Counted from the first letter of the stretch, positions 49,925 to 60,792 are shown. The stretch: 64,000 nt of DNA from a bacterium (GCA_965249485.1 OZ252239.1:96001-160000); one strand, 5' to 3'. The notes: generated by a model not told the origin, from the sequence alone. Program-made: numbers and translations.

Positions 49925-50935
49925 GTGAGAAATATGTCTGTACTTCGATGGGGCGAATTCGGTGAAATTGCCGTTCGGAAAATGGGACAAGTAAAACCGG
50001 GAGAAAGTCTTCTTATTCTTGCTGATACCCGTACCGATATGGAGGTCGCAGAAGCCTGCCTGATCGCGGGGATCAATGCAGATGCCGATGCCCAGATGCT
50101 GGTGATCCCCTGGATGGCTCTGGCGGATACCCGGGAATTAAACCGGGTAACAGTTGGAGCTATCCGGGAAGCGGATGTCATCGTTGGGCTCTGTGAAACC
50201 ATGTTCGTTTCGCAGGAGACAACCACAACTGCTCGTAAAAATGGAACGCGCATTGCCTCGACTGTTGTTTCGGGAATGGAAAATTTCGCCATTGATGGCA
50301 TTGTCAATGTTGATTATGACAAGATGATATCGATCGCCAATAAAGCTATTGAGCTTTGGGAGAACGCGGATATCTGCCGTGTGACGTCGAAAGCCGGCAC
50401 AGATATTAGCTTCGGCATGAAAGGCAGGCCTGCCCTGTTGGGAGACGGGATGGCCACAGTGCCGGGCGAGGCGGATTTCTTCCCCGGGGTTTCCATAGCG
50501 AATGCTCCGGTTGAAGAGACAATAAACGGTACCATTGTCATTGACGGCAATATTCCGCCGGGGAGGCTTGTCAATGAACCGGTCACCTGCCGCGTTGAAA
50601 AAGGAGTCATTGTGGAGATTACAGGGGGAGCTGATGCAAGTACTCTTGAGGGGGAGTTCGCAACAAGCGGAGATCCGATCGCGAAGCACATATGTCATTT
50701 CACACTCGGATTAAATCCTCAGGCCAAGACAACCGGTCATTTGCATCAGGATGAACACGTGCTCGGAGCTGTCACGTTTGGCAGTGGCAGCCAGGACCCT
50801 GACTTCAAAGGGAATGTCCCGCCATCCAAGGTGCACTTTGATGTTGTGCTTCCGTCTTCAACGATATATTTGGATGGTATCATCATGTGCGAAAACAACC
50901 GGTTGAATCCGGATATGGGCTTAGGAGGACTTTGA
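49925..50935 (+). CDS. M29 / leucyl-aminopeptidase-T-like (NicX-like) metalloprotein
   Basis: VKPGESLLILAD, AGTDI.F, GTIVIDG, LGLNP.A, DEH..G, H.D.V. Confidence 0.75.
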   Translation: MRNMSVLRWGEFGEIAVRKMGQVKPGESLLILADTRTDMEVAEACLIAGINADADAQMLVIPWMALADTRELNRVTVGAIREADVIVGLCETMFVSQETTTTARKNGTRIASTVVSGMENFAIDGIVNVDYDKMISIANKAIELWENADICRVTSKAGTDISFGMKGRPALLGDGMATVPGEADFFPGVSIANAPVEETINGTIVIDGNIPPGRLVNEPVTCRVEKGVIVEITGGADASTLEGEFATSGDPIAKHICHFTLGLNPQAKTTGHLHQDEHVLGAVTFGSGSQDPDFKGNVPPSKVHFDVVLPSSTIYLDGIIMCENNRLNPDMGLGGL

Positions 50936-51097
50936 ATATTAGGACAATATTGACGAATAGCATGGTTAACGAATGGAAAACATTTTTAAAATCAGTAAAA
51001 CCATTATGGTTTTAAAGGGAGGGAATGTTGTTGATGTTAACCCTTAAGAGGGACTGAAAGATTTTTTTGAACTGTATTGTTGAGAAAGGCAAATTGA

Positions 51098-52387
51098 GTG
51101 GGCCGATTTCCCCGGATAGGTTCTGATACGTTAGCGTCGTTTAAATATCCCGGATACTTGTGGTTCTGGCTTTCTATGACGGCCGTCGGTTATGCGAATA
51201 TTGTGGGCCAGATTGCCATATACTGGCTGGCTCTGGAACTCACAGGATCCGCTTTTGGGGTCGGTATTGCCGTTGCATCCAGAAGTCTGCCACGAATCAT
51301 TTTGGGCGTTCCATTCGGCGCTCTCTCTGATCGCTATGACCGATGTACAATTCTCAAGATCACATTTTTCGTCGGAACTGTCCTGGCAGCGGGAGCGGTT
51401 TTTGCGGCTTTAACAGATAATCTTTCCTTTGCAGTGCTTGTGGGTGTCGCTGTTTTTGCGGGCATACTCGATGTTGCCGAGAATTCGGTCAGCAGAGCAA
51501 TGGTTTATGACCTGGTCGGTTCAAAACAGGCGCTCAACGGCATGGCTCATTTGGTTCTGGCTAACAAGGTTTCCGGCGGGCTTGGCGCTTTGAGTGTTTT
51601 TGCCGGAGTGTTTCTGGCACAGATGGGTTCCAGTGGTAAATTCGGAGTAATGGGCGTCGCCTATTTCTTTGGTGCTTTATTACTCTTCGGAATAAAACAT
51701 TCATACAGAAAAAAGCAAAATATCGAAGAATCAGCTTCCCCTGAAGAGCAACCAACTATTAAATTCACAAAATCTTTGGTGATGTTCTGGAGAAACAAGG
51801 GCCTTCTCCCTCTCGCTGGAATCACCGTGATCATGGAAATTCTTGCTTTTTCGAGCGAAGTATTACTTCCTACCTTCGCCAGGGATGTGTTCGGTGTCGG
51901 TGAGTCCTGGCATGCCTTTATGACGGCGATGCGGGATTTTGGCGGCGTTGTCGGGGTTCTTGTGCTGGCAGGTATTTCGACCCGTGTGCGCCAGGGGCAC
52001 CTTCTGGCGCCGATTTGTGTGATGTTTGGCCTTGGTTTGATCGCCTTTGCTTACTCTCCAACATTTATTGTTGCCCTTATTGTTCTTTTCATTATTGGTG
52101 TGATGTGGGCAAGTGTTGATTCGGTTCTTCCCACACTCGTACAGTATACTGTCAAGGATAATGAGCGCGGAGCTTCTGTCGGTGTGTGGAATCTCAGTCG
52201 CGGTTTCGGACCTTTGGGTCAACTGGAAATTGGCGCTCTCGCCGGATTCGCCGGTGCGTCATTAGCTCTTATGATCAACGGTAGTATTATTGTTGCTGTA
52301 ATTACGGCGATAGTCATTCATTATAGAGCAAAAGGTCTCCCCTGGTCTTCTGAAACGACTAATCCGGAAGTTGGATCAACCCCCTGA
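51098..52387 (+). CDS. MFS transporter
   Basis: About 12 TM segments; GALSDRYDR motif A. Confidence 0.92.
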   Translation: MGRFPRIGSDTLASFKYPGYLWFWLSMTAVGYANIVGQIAIYWLALELTGSAFGVGIAVASRSLPRIILGVPFGALSDRYDRCTILKITFFVGTVLAAGAVFAALTDNLSFAVLVGVAVFAGILDVAENSVSRAMVYDLVGSKQALNGMAHLVLANKVSGGLGALSVFAGVFLAQMGSSGKFGVMGVAYFFGALLLFGIKHSYRKKQNIEESASPEEQPTIKFTKSLVMFWRNKGLLPLAGITVIMEILAFSSEVLLPTFARDVFGVGESWHAFMTAMRDFGGVVGVLVLAGISTRVRQGHLLAPICVMFGLGLIAFAYSPTFIVALIVLFIIGVMWASVDSVLPTLVQYTVKDNERGASVGVWNLSRGFGPLGQLEIGALAGFAGASLALMINGSIIVAVITAIVIHYRAKGLPWSSETTNPEVGSTP

Positions 52388-52568
52388 TATTACTGGTTCC
52401 CTGTCCTCCGGTACCGATAAAGGCGACGTTGATCTTGTTGCTTGGTGCGAACCGTCCTATGACACAACTCGGAACGATCGTAAATGCCGCTGCTGGTGCC
52501 ACCGAGCTGCCGATAAATTCACGCCGGATTAATTTTTGACGCTGCTGCATGACATATTTTTTCATCAT
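52359..52568 (-). pseudogene. N-terminal fragment of a Tat-exported Gfo/Idh/MocA oxidoreductase
   Basis: RREFI Tat motif, AFTIVP..V.G..APSNKINVAFIGTGGQG; truncated at the MFS 3' end. Confidence 0.8.
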
Positions 52569-52969
52569 TTTCTTACTTTATTCCGTTCAAGAATGGAGGT
52601 TGATCATCGTTTACTCTGGGATTTCCATATTGTGCATTATATTGAGCTTACTTTTAATTATTGAGGGCTTCCGATAGGAACATAACTCTTTTCAAACACT
52701 ATACCGTCATCGAATCTGGAGAATTTGCCACCAAATTAAGGTTGGGCACGATTACCCCCAATGCTCATGCAACTGCTGCTATTGTAACTATGCCCACTTT
52801 TTGAATATAGCTAAGACCCCTCGTTTTCGTTAAAAGGCAGTTCAAAAAAAATGCGACCACAATATCGAAAAATAAACCAAAGAGCATCATTTTGGTCATA
52901 TTCGCCTTAAAGGTGCACGACCATATAGGCAAATGGAACCTTCTCTATTTTTTGATTAAGCTCCAAAAG

Positions 52970-53353
52970 TTATGAAAAGTAATTTCGTTCCCTAAAAATG
53001 ATACTAAAGAAGAGTATGCTTGCAATTAAAGGATAATAAATAGCATTGCCGAAAACTTCTTTAAATGTAAAAAGTGCTACTATGCTATTTAAAATAAAAA
53101 TTCCATTGTATAACATTCCAAAATTTGCACCCCATTTTAATTTTTTCCACATTGCATACAAAAATAATAACGGTGAAATAAAATCAAGGAGTACAATTAC
53201 AATTGCTGAAGAGGTCCCTTTTAACAAAAATCCAAAAAATGCAATTTCTCTTTCAGGCGACGTTACTAACACAACTATTGACATTACTGCCCATAAAAAC
53301 AAAACTATGGATAGAATTTTCAAAGATAATGGTAATGATTTCCAACTTTTCAT
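52970..53353 (-). CDS. Small four-TM membrane protein
   Basis: Hydrophobic ORF; start probably MKSWK after AGGAG. Confidence 0.7.
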   Translation of the reverse strand: MKSWKSLPLSLKILSIVLFLWAVMSIVVLVTSPEREIAFFGFLLKGTSSAIVIVLLDFISPLLFLYAMWKKLKWGANFGMLYNGIFILNSIVALFTFKEVFGNAIYYPLIASILFFSIIFRERNYFS

Positions 53354-53509
53354 ATAACTCCTTTTTTCTTCCGTTATATAAGCTTTTCTTTGAGCAACAT
53401 GTCGCGACACGGTATGAGGAAATTTTGTCCACGTCGAATTCTAACCGCATAGAGCGACGTAATAGAAAAGTACTTAAAGATAAGCATCCACAATGAATTT
53501 TTTTATTTA

Positions 53510-53821
53510 CTACATCTCCATCATCTGGGAGACACGTAGTGTTCCGCCATTTTCTAAAAACGGATCTGATTTTGCAATTTCAATGGCAGCCTCAATGCTT
53601 TCCGCTTTAACAACTACAAACCCATTCATCGCATTTGGATCATTTTCATCTTGAACATCACGTGAAGTTACAATTTTTGTGCTCATTAAAGGTGTTCCTG
53701 GATTGATTACATTTTCACCAAGACCTTCTAACCAAGCTTTCCATTTCCCCATCTGAGCTATGCCCTCTTCTTTTGAACTCGGCTGGTTTCCTCCGTAATA
53801 TGCAATCATGAAATTTACCAT
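53510..53821 (-). CDS. YCII-related protein
   Basis: W..W...LG, GF.VV.A.SIE.A..IA..DP. Confidence 0.8.
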   Translation of the reverse strand: MVNFMIAYYGGNQPSSKEEGIAQMGKWKAWLEGLGENVINPGTPLMSTKIVTSRDVQDENDPNAMNGFVVVKAESIEAAIEIAKSDPFLENGGTLRVSQMMEM

Positions 53822-53981
53822 AATTTTTCTCCGTGTAATTAGTTATTATCTATTGATGTTTTATTCATAACAGGCTGCCTTATATACGTTTTTAAAAATT
53901 ATGACCCAACCGGAACCGTATCCACCGCGCATCATCTCAGCGAGATCTCCAATGGCTTCCCAATTGCTCTGCGTGAGTTTT

Positions 53982-54011
53982 TGGACCGAGTCTGACGTTT
54001 TGCGAACCTTT
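53982..54011. repeat. Junction repeat family B, copy 1
   Basis: TGGACCGAGTCTGACGTTTTGCGAACCTTT. Confidence 0.8.
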
Positions 54012-54134
54012 GAAATTGAATATTATTACAGTGTTTTATAATGTAAAGAGAATAGCATTTGCAGATCGAAAATCCCGTTTGGGTCTTTTACAGTCCAGTC
54101 CGTTCCCGCATGGTACCGATAGACGTCAGCTATT

Positions 54135-54515
54135 TTAGTATTCTATAGGACAAACTTTGTTGACAGTATCATAGAACGATCTTATCTCAAAGGGTTTTGC
54201 AAGAAACTCTTGCACACCAAGTTTTGACAATTCGAGTATTTTCTCGTTCGTAAGAAAGGCGGACACCACTATTACCGGTGTAGACTCGTTACGGTTCTTT
54301 AGAATACTCATAACATGTTCGCCCTTAAAAAGCGGTAAATTCAAATCCAACAATATTAGATCAAATTTTTGCTTTTTTAATATTCCCAGAGCGTCTAAAC
54401 CGTTTTTTACACTAATAACGCCGATATTAACCCGTTCGAGAAATTCGCACAGCATTTCAATCATCTGGTCCTCATCCTCAACCACGAGAGCGTTATATTT
54501 ATAATTTCTTTCCAT
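54135..54515 (-). CDS. Single-domain response regulator receiver
   Basis: LVVEDE, LLDLNLP, VSA, KPF. Confidence 0.92.
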   Translation of the reverse strand: MERNYKYNALVVEDEDQMIEMLCEFLERVNIGVISVKNGLDALGILKKQKFDLILLDLNLPLFKGEHVMSILKNRNESTPVIVVSAFLTNEKILELSKLGVQEFLAKPFEIRSFYDTVNKVCPIEY

Positions 54516-54748
54516 CTAAGTTACCTGTTGATAGTTATCAATAATCTGATAAGAATTTACTAGCCTCTCCATAAAGGTAGAGGGTTCCATACTATAAATC
54601 AGTGTTGTAGATTCCGATTCCAACACTGGTACTTACGAGTTCAGGTGCAGAGGGAAATTTCTCAGGTAGATTTCTATACTATACTCTACGGAAAAATTTT
54701 TATAAATGTAAACTGGTTTTTATTATAATGCAAGAAATTATACTAAAA

Positions 54749-54780
54749 TGCGGAGCGTGTGTGACGATTTGCGAACCTTT
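54749..54780. repeat. Junction repeat family B, copy 2
   Basis: TGCGGAGCGTGTGTGACGATTTGCGAACCTTT. Confidence 0.8.
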
Positions 54781-54834
54781 GGGGTACGAATTGATTTGAA
54801 GAATCTAAAAAAAATTGTGTGAAGAGACTGGTTA

Positions 54835-55130
54835 AAAGTTAAGAGATACATTGAGTCTTTGCACGTGTTTTTCATCCACATCCTTCCATACGTCGTCTTT
54901 CCAGATAACGCTCCACCAGAATATAAATAGGCAGCGAATTAAACATTAATTTCCTGTAAGGTGGTTTATAATAAATGGATAGAAGTGTAGAAGAATCGAA
55001 AAACTGAGCAAAACCGAATCTCCGGATCTGTCCAAATTTTTCTACTTTATTATTTGAGTTACAGCAGATAAAAATAGAAGTGTATTGTATTTGAAAAATG
55101 AACAATGAAAAAGGGAATGATTAATGGACC
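54835..55130. repeat. ~290-bp element end, copy 1 (joined to the tRNA 3' half)
   Basis: Colinear with 59828-60120, e.g. CAGATAACGCTCCACC, GATCTGTCCAAATTTTTCTACTTT, GAGTTACAGCAGATAAAA. Confidence 0.9.
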
Positions 55131-55168
55131 CTGCAGGACCAGAACCTGCGACCCACTGATTATGAGTC
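55125..55168 (-). mobile_element. att-like duplicate of the tRNA(CAT) 3' half (island boundary)
   Basis: TGGACCCTGCAGGACCAGAACCTGCGACCCACTGATTATGAGTC matches 62615-62658 with a few mismatches and ends at the anticodon arm. Confidence 0.88.
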
Positions 55169-55345
55169 GTAAGGTCTATTAATAATAGTGCAATACATAA
55201 CCTTTTAAAAAACAGATAATTAAGCGTATGGTTTCCACAATTTATTTAATTCAAATATTGGTACAAATGACACGAATTCACGCCATTAACTGACACATAT
55301 TGACACATGGTTCATTTTGTTCAGTCAAAATACTATGCTAATCTA

Positions 55346-56761
55346 TTATCTTAGCTTATCAACATCGAGAACTACCACAGAATTTACCGGATCCCATGCC
55401 TGATCATCCAGGGTAACTACTATATAGGCATTTCCTTCAATACTAACTTTATAGTTTTTCCGGGGGATGCTCCGGAGAGCATATGCTTGTATCGGGCGTC
55501 TCCGTACGGTGTCTAACACCAGTCTCCCATCCTCAGGCCAGTCAAATACATGCAAGTACAAACGGGTTGTGCCGTCTGCACGAATCCGATGTGTTATCCT
55601 TCCCCATTCAGGCTGCCCCCATTGAGTACCCTTTGTCCCATAGATACTTTCACCGTATTTTTTGAGCCAGTCACCGGATTCAAGGAGAATATCCACCGAC
55701 CACTCGGGTATAATACCTTCGGCTGTCGGTCCGACGTTCAACAGGTAATTTCCGCCCATACTGGCCATATGAGCGAGGTTGTGTACTACCATTTCCCCGG
55801 TCATCCAGCCGATTTTTCTTTTGTCATACATCCAGGTACCATCCGGATCAGTGTACAATGTCGCGTTTGTTTCGAAGTTATGGAGCGTCATAAAATCTCC
55901 AAGTTCGGGGTGAGAATCTTCGGCGGACAAATAATCCATCGTTCCGGGTGCATACCGGTCGTTGATGATAAGGTCCGGCTGGATAGAACGCATCATCTTC
56001 ATCCCTTCAACGGAGTGCAGAAGCTCTGCCCTATGCTGTGGTGAATTCACGACCCTTCTACCAAAAGCGCCTCCGTCATCAAAAAACAAAACATCTATCT
56101 GACCGTAATTGGTCAGCAGCTCTCGAATCTGGTTTTCCATATACTCGACGTATATCTCAAGGTCGGCATCAGGATTCGGATAATAATGCAGGTTGCGGTA
56201 CCACTTCGCGGGAAATTCGGGGTGATGCTTATCAGGGACAGAGTAATACACCCCCAGCCTTATACCGGCTTCCAGACAGGCATCTGCCAGTTCTTTCAGT
56301 GGATCACGGTCGAAAGGAGTATAGTCCACAATATCATAATCGGTATACTGAGAGTCATACATAATAAAACCATTATGGTGCTTGGTTACATACACGATAT
56401 ATTTCATTCCGGCATTTCGGGCGATATCGACCCATTCTTTGGCATCAAAATCAACAGGATTAAACACCAATCCCAAATTCACTAAATCCTCATAGTTTCT
56501 CCAGCCTTCATCAATATCGGGTGGAATTCTTTTACCAATAAAATCAGCACCTTTTTGATGCGGCAGGGCATCGGGTCCCCAATGAATGAACATCCCGTAA
56601 CGGGCATCGTGCCACCATTCCATTCTGTTGTCCATGGACGAGTTCCAGTCAGGACGGATCTCGATCATTCTTTGCGCCTGTACAGATGGTGCCGTTGTAA
56701 AAAGTACAATGAAGCAAAACCATACGCTACGGAGCACTAATTTTGATAATGGTGTGCTCAT
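55346..56761 (-). CDS. GH29 alpha-L-fucosidase, copy 2
   Basis: Close paralog of 27395..28777; start probably MSTPLSK after AGGAG. Confidence 0.92.
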   Translation of the reverse strand: MSTPLSKLVLRSVWFCFIVLFTTAPSVQAQRMIEIRPDWNSSMDNRMEWWHDARYGMFIHWGPDALPHQKGADFIGKRIPPDIDEGWRNYEDLVNLGLVFNPVDFDAKEWVDIARNAGMKYIVYVTKHHNGFIMYDSQYTDYDIVDYTPFDRDPLKELADACLEAGIRLGVYYSVPDKHHPEFPAKWYRNLHYYPNPDADLEIYVEYMENQIRELLTNYGQIDVLFFDDGGAFGRRVVNSPQHRAELLHSVEGMKMMRSIQPDLIINDRYAPGTMDYLSAEDSHPELGDFMTLHNFETNATLYTDPDGTWMYDKRKIGWMTGEMVVHNLAHMASMGGNYLLNVGPTAEGIIPEWSVDILLESGDWLKKYGESIYGTKGTQWGQPEWGRITHRIRADGTTRLYLHVFDWPEDGRLVLDTVRRRPIQAYALRSIPRKNYKVSIEGNAYIVVTLDDQAWDPVNSVVVLDVDKLR

Positions 56762-56890
56762 GATTGTCTCCTTTAAATATTTATTATTTATCAGTATTTC
56801 TATGATAAATTGCACTTATGTATAATCCAGCGTCAAGTTCTTATGAGATGTTATTTAATCCATTTTGTGGTATTTGAATTGAGCCCTGTT

Positions 56891-58183
56891 CTATGAATAG
56901 CAAAGTTCTCTCATAGCATCAACAAATATGTCCAATTCGCTTGTTGTTGTGTACAGATTCGGGGCAATGCGGACACCTTTAATTTCAGGAGAATCTATAG
57001 CAACGGTGAAAATTTTATGTTTGTCGTATAGATAATGCACAATCTCATCCGGTTTTATTCCTTTAATACCTACATTGGCGAGACCGCACGACCGGTTGTC
57101 CTCTAAAGAGGTATTCATAACAATATTAGGGAACTTATTTACTTTTTCTGCCCAATAATTTTTTAGAAATCTCAGGCGGGTTTCTTTTCTCTTTAATCCG
57201 ATATTTTCGTTAAATTTAATTGCCTCAGCGATTGTTAATTCGATTGAACACGGGCGTGTGCCGATGTGTCCGAGTTTGACGATAGAATCGGTTGCATAAT
57301 TCGCGTCTCCATATAATGGCCAGACATTCTTGATTTTATCTTTCTTAACGTACAATATACCCGAACCTAACGGAGCCGACATCCATTTATGCAAACTCGC
57401 ACCATAATAATCGCCGTGAAGATCTGGTATTTTATAATCAAGATGGGTAAAAGAATGTGCAGCGTCAACAATAACCTCCACTTCCCTGTTGTGTGCCATA
57501 TCGCATATTTCCCTGACCGGCAGGACCTGTCCGGTTTCATATGTTATATGCGAGACCAGTATTACCTTGGTTTTCGGAGTTATCGCATTTTTATAGATAT
57601 CCACTATATCAGCGTTGCTTGTAGAAACAAGTGGGAAGGAAATTATGGTATTCCTTATCCCGTCACGTGCAGCACGCTGCTCGAAGGCTTTTCGCATACT
57701 GGGATATTCAAAAGTTCCCCAAACAGCCTCGTCGCCTTTATTCATTTCCAGTCCCATAATAACAATATTAAGAGATTCTGTGGTATTACGCGTGATCAGT
57801 ATCTCATCTGTTGAACAGCCCGCAAACCGCGCGAGAAGCTGGTGTGCATCTTTTCTTTCGACCTCCTGCCTTCTCCGCATATAAAAAGAAGGAATCTCGT
57901 TTATCATCTTGATATTTTTGCACAGCTTATCTACTCCGGCTTCCGGTTGGGGACTTAAATAGCCGTTTTCGAGATTGATAAAATGGGGCGACAAATTATA
58001 GGTATTTCGGACAGCATACCAGAAATCTTCATCGATGGCAATGTCTTGTGTGGACATATTTTCGAGGCGATTAGAGGCCTCAGCAACCTTTTCAATGCCC
58101 TCCGGTTTTAAAATCGAAAATGCTGCGGTACCAAATGTCAATCCCGCCGATCTTTTGAGGAAAGTTCTTCTTGAATCTAACAT
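56891..58183 (-). CDS. Tat-exported class V aminotransferase (isopenicillin-N-epimerase-like)
   Basis: SRRTFLK Tat motif; RNTTE, VDAAH, SLHKW (PLP lysine). Confidence 0.9.
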   Translation of the reverse strand: MLDSRRTFLKRSAGLTFGTAAFSILKPEGIEKVAEASNRLENMSTQDIAIDEDFWYAVRNTYNLSPHFINLENGYLSPQPEAGVDKLCKNIKMINEIPSFYMRRRQEVERKDAHQLLARFAGCSTDEILITRNTTESLNIVIMGLEMNKGDEAVWGTFEYPSMRKAFEQRAARDGIRNTIISFPLVSTSNADIVDIYKNAITPKTKVILVSHITYETGQVLPVREICDMAHNREVEVIVDAAHSFTHLDYKIPDLHGDYYGASLHKWMSAPLGSGILYVKKDKIKNVWPLYGDANYATDSIVKLGHIGTRPCSIELTIAEAIKFNENIGLKRKETRLRFLKNYWAEKVNKFPNIVMNTSLEDNRSCGLANVGIKGIKPDEIVHYLYDKHKIFTVAIDSPEIKGVRIAPNLYTTTSELDIFVDAMRELCYS

Positions 58184-58313
58184 TGTCTCTCCGAAATTGA
58201 AAGGATATGTATGTCAAATTATCTTATAAAATTAAATTATGAAGTAATTCCGAATATTATTCCAATAAAAATCATACAATTCTTCAATTACATCAATCTC
58301 CTTTGGCACATCT

Positions 58314-59726
58314 TTACTTAATACCTTGCAGAGGTGTTGCCGGTCGAAATTGAATTATCCCGCTTTCCTGTGTCAATTTCTCAATTTCATCAAGTTCTGA
58401 AGGGGCAAACCGCGTTAAATTTTCGTTGCCATCCTCTGTCACGACAACGGTATCCTCTATTCTCATATACAATCCTTCCTCACGGACACGCAATATCGGA
58501 TCAACGGAGAATACTTGCCCGACTTTCAGAGGACCGGAACGATAATCGCCAACATCATGCACTGCCATTCCGACATTATGAGAGAATACACCTCCCCCGG
58601 TCTCAACTAGGCGGCGGGCCGTCTGTTCGTAAATTGGCTTGGAGAAATTCGTCCTTTCAAAGATGGGTTCCATTGCCTCTTCTGCCTCTTCCATAATCTG
58701 ATCAGCGGTAACACCCGGCCTGATTCGACTCAGTATTGTTTTATGATAATCAAGAATAATCTGGCAAAGCTCGCGCTGCTGATCATTGAATTTTCCATTT
58801 ACAGGCCACATTCTTCCTATATCACTTGTATAGTAACCGTAATCGGGTGCATAGTCCATTAGCACGAGATCGCCGTCATTCAATTTTGAGGAATTATAAT
58901 AATAATGTGGATCGCTGATATTACTCTCTCCGGCAGCAGCAATCGAACGGTATCCTTCAAGTCTGGCGTCGTTCACCAGGTATATATACCGTGCTACAGC
59001 GTCAAGTTGGTATTCATAAATTCCCAGCTTTGTACTCCGCATAGCCTCGATTAATCCCAACGCGGCGATTTGCCCTGCACGGCGCAATACTTCAATCTCC
59101 CGTGGACTTTTTATGCTTCGCAGTTCATCGAGAATCGGGGTCAGATTACGGATCTCCGCTGTGGAATTACGGGCCAAAAGTAGCGATATAAAATGTGCTT
59201 CACGGGACACACGTCCATCCCAGAAATCCCCCAGAATTCTGTTGTTCGCCGCGTTTAACTCTCCACGGCTCTGTCCCTGTCCTTCTGCCGGACTGAATGG
59301 TGTATAAATAATCTGTGCACTGATGCTTCTTAGCTCATCAATATTCATTACGTCATCCACACCGGTCATTTCCTTTACCTTCTCAGGGTATTCGAGCGAA
59401 AGAACTCTTTCCCAGCCGCGGTTTGATACATCGGAAATGTATAGTGTTACTTTCTTTGTTCTCCCATCTAACAGGATATATGAATATGAGTTTTCGACAC
59501 CGCACAGGTAGTAAAACGCATTTGTCTGTCGAGGATAGATATATCCCCCTGGATCAGGAGCACCCTGAACAATCGCAACACCATTTTTTCCAATAATATC
59601 AAATATCTTTTCCCTGCGTGCCCTGAATTCATCTGATGGAAAATGTGTCTGATATTCCTGAGCAGTTGCATTGAACGAAATGAGCATTGTAATCAGTATT
59701 AAAATGAGTCTCATCAATACCTCCAT
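58314..59726 (-). CDS. Secreted Xaa-Pro aminopeptidase (PepP-like, M24B)
   Basis: RQTNAFYYLCG, RSIKS..EI, MD...TSDIGR, HNVGMAVHD, RIEDTV. Confidence 0.9.
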   Translation of the reverse strand: MEVLMRLILILITMLISFNATAQEYQTHFPSDEFRARREKIFDIIGKNGVAIVQGAPDPGGYIYPRQTNAFYYLCGVENSYSYILLDGRTKKVTLYISDVSNRGWERVLSLEYPEKVKEMTGVDDVMNIDELRSISAQIIYTPFSPAEGQGQSRGELNAANNRILGDFWDGRVSREAHFISLLLARNSTAEIRNLTPILDELRSIKSPREIEVLRRAGQIAALGLIEAMRSTKLGIYEYQLDAVARYIYLVNDARLEGYRSIAAAGESNISDPHYYYNSSKLNDGDLVLMDYAPDYGYYTSDIGRMWPVNGKFNDQQRELCQIILDYHKTILSRIRPGVTADQIMEEAEEAMEPIFERTNFSKPIYEQTARRLVETGGGVFSHNVGMAVHDVGDYRSGPLKVGQVFSVDPILRVREEGLYMRIEDTVVVTEDGNENLTRFAPSELDEIEKLTQESGIIQFRPATPLQGIK

Positions 59727-59827
59727 ATCTGTATATTAATAAGAGCAATACTTCTGGTACTACCGGTAACATTATCACCTTAATTTCCACTGTACGTCGT
59801 CTGAACATGTTGGAATGATTGGATTAA

Positions 59828-60144
59828 AAGTTAAGAGCTACCTTTAGTCTATGCAAGTGTTTTTTCACATCCTTCCGTACATTTCATTTCCAGATAACGC
59901 TCCACCCGCATAAATATAAGCAGCGATTCAAACATTAATTTCCCGTAAGGTGGTTAATAACGAATGAATAATAGGGTTGAAGAGTCGAATATACCGGGCA
60001 AAACCGAATCACCCGATCTGTCCAAATTTTTCTACTTTTACTATTAGAGTTACAGCAGATAAAATAGAAGTGTTTTTTGTTTAATAAATGAGGAATGATA
60101 AATAGAATGTATTGTGGACCGTGTGTGACGTTTTGCGAACCTTT
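59828..60144. repeat. ~290-bp element end, copy 2, plus family B core copy 3
   Basis: Ends in GTGGACCGTGTGTGACGTTTTGCGAACCTTT. Confidence 0.9.
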
Positions 60145-60199
60145 AAATTTGACATATTAGTATTGGATTTTCAAAAAAAATGATATTGGTTAGTAGAAG

Positions 60200-60550
60200 T
60201 CAATTACTCAAAAATACACGTTTAAAATAAACAATCAAACAGGTGATGGTAACAAGGGAGATTCCTATAGAAATAAACATTGCAAAAAACTCTAAAAGAT
60301 GATGGATTGCTACGCTTATCAGGATGACTTTGAAAAAGGAAGGAAGTATTATAATCAACTCCTGATTCTGATGAGATACTTTTACGAGAATAAAGATCAA
60401 TCCAATAGTCATTGAATTTAAGAAAAGTATTGCAAGATATGTCCGGTATAGAGTCGAAAGTTGAATCTCATCAAACAAAAATAGATAGGGTAACAGATGA
60501 ATGATAACTAGTACCAACCATACCATCTTAATAAGAGAATACTTTGACAT
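60200..60550 (-). CDS. Small hydrophobic membrane protein
   Basis: 116-aa AT-rich ORF with about four TM segments, lying between two family B cores. Confidence 0.55.
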   Translation of the reverse strand: MSKYSLIKMVWLVLVIIHLLPYLFLFDEIQLSTLYRTYLAILFLNSMTIGLIFILVKVSHQNQELIIILPSFFKVILISVAIHHLLEFFAMFISIGISLVTITCLIVYFKRVFLSN

Positions 60551-60792
60551 AGAAGCTTGTATTTAGTTAGAACATTTTAAACTGTATAAGTTAAAAATTA
60601 AGAGAAGTATTTAGATTTTCCTACTAATGTTTTCTTATTCCTATTACTTGAGATATGTAAAACTTTATTTTACAAAAGTGATTTACTAAGGTACAAAAAG
60701 ACATGCTCATTTTACAAAAACATGCAAAAACTAACAATATTAAATCCCAAACTCAATTTGAGATGGGCTTTTTAATTTAAGATGTTTTGACT

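Noticed and set aside
53900..53985. Coding-like stretch (QKLTQSNWEAIGDLAEMMRGG on the minus strand) next to a B core, as a recombinase relic
   Set aside because: No recombinase motif is recognisable; it cannot be assigned without a search.
54872..55105. 77-aa ORF inside the 290-bp repeat
   Set aside because: The second copy has frameshifts and stops, so it is not supported as a functional gene; a decayed gene or ncRNA is not excluded.
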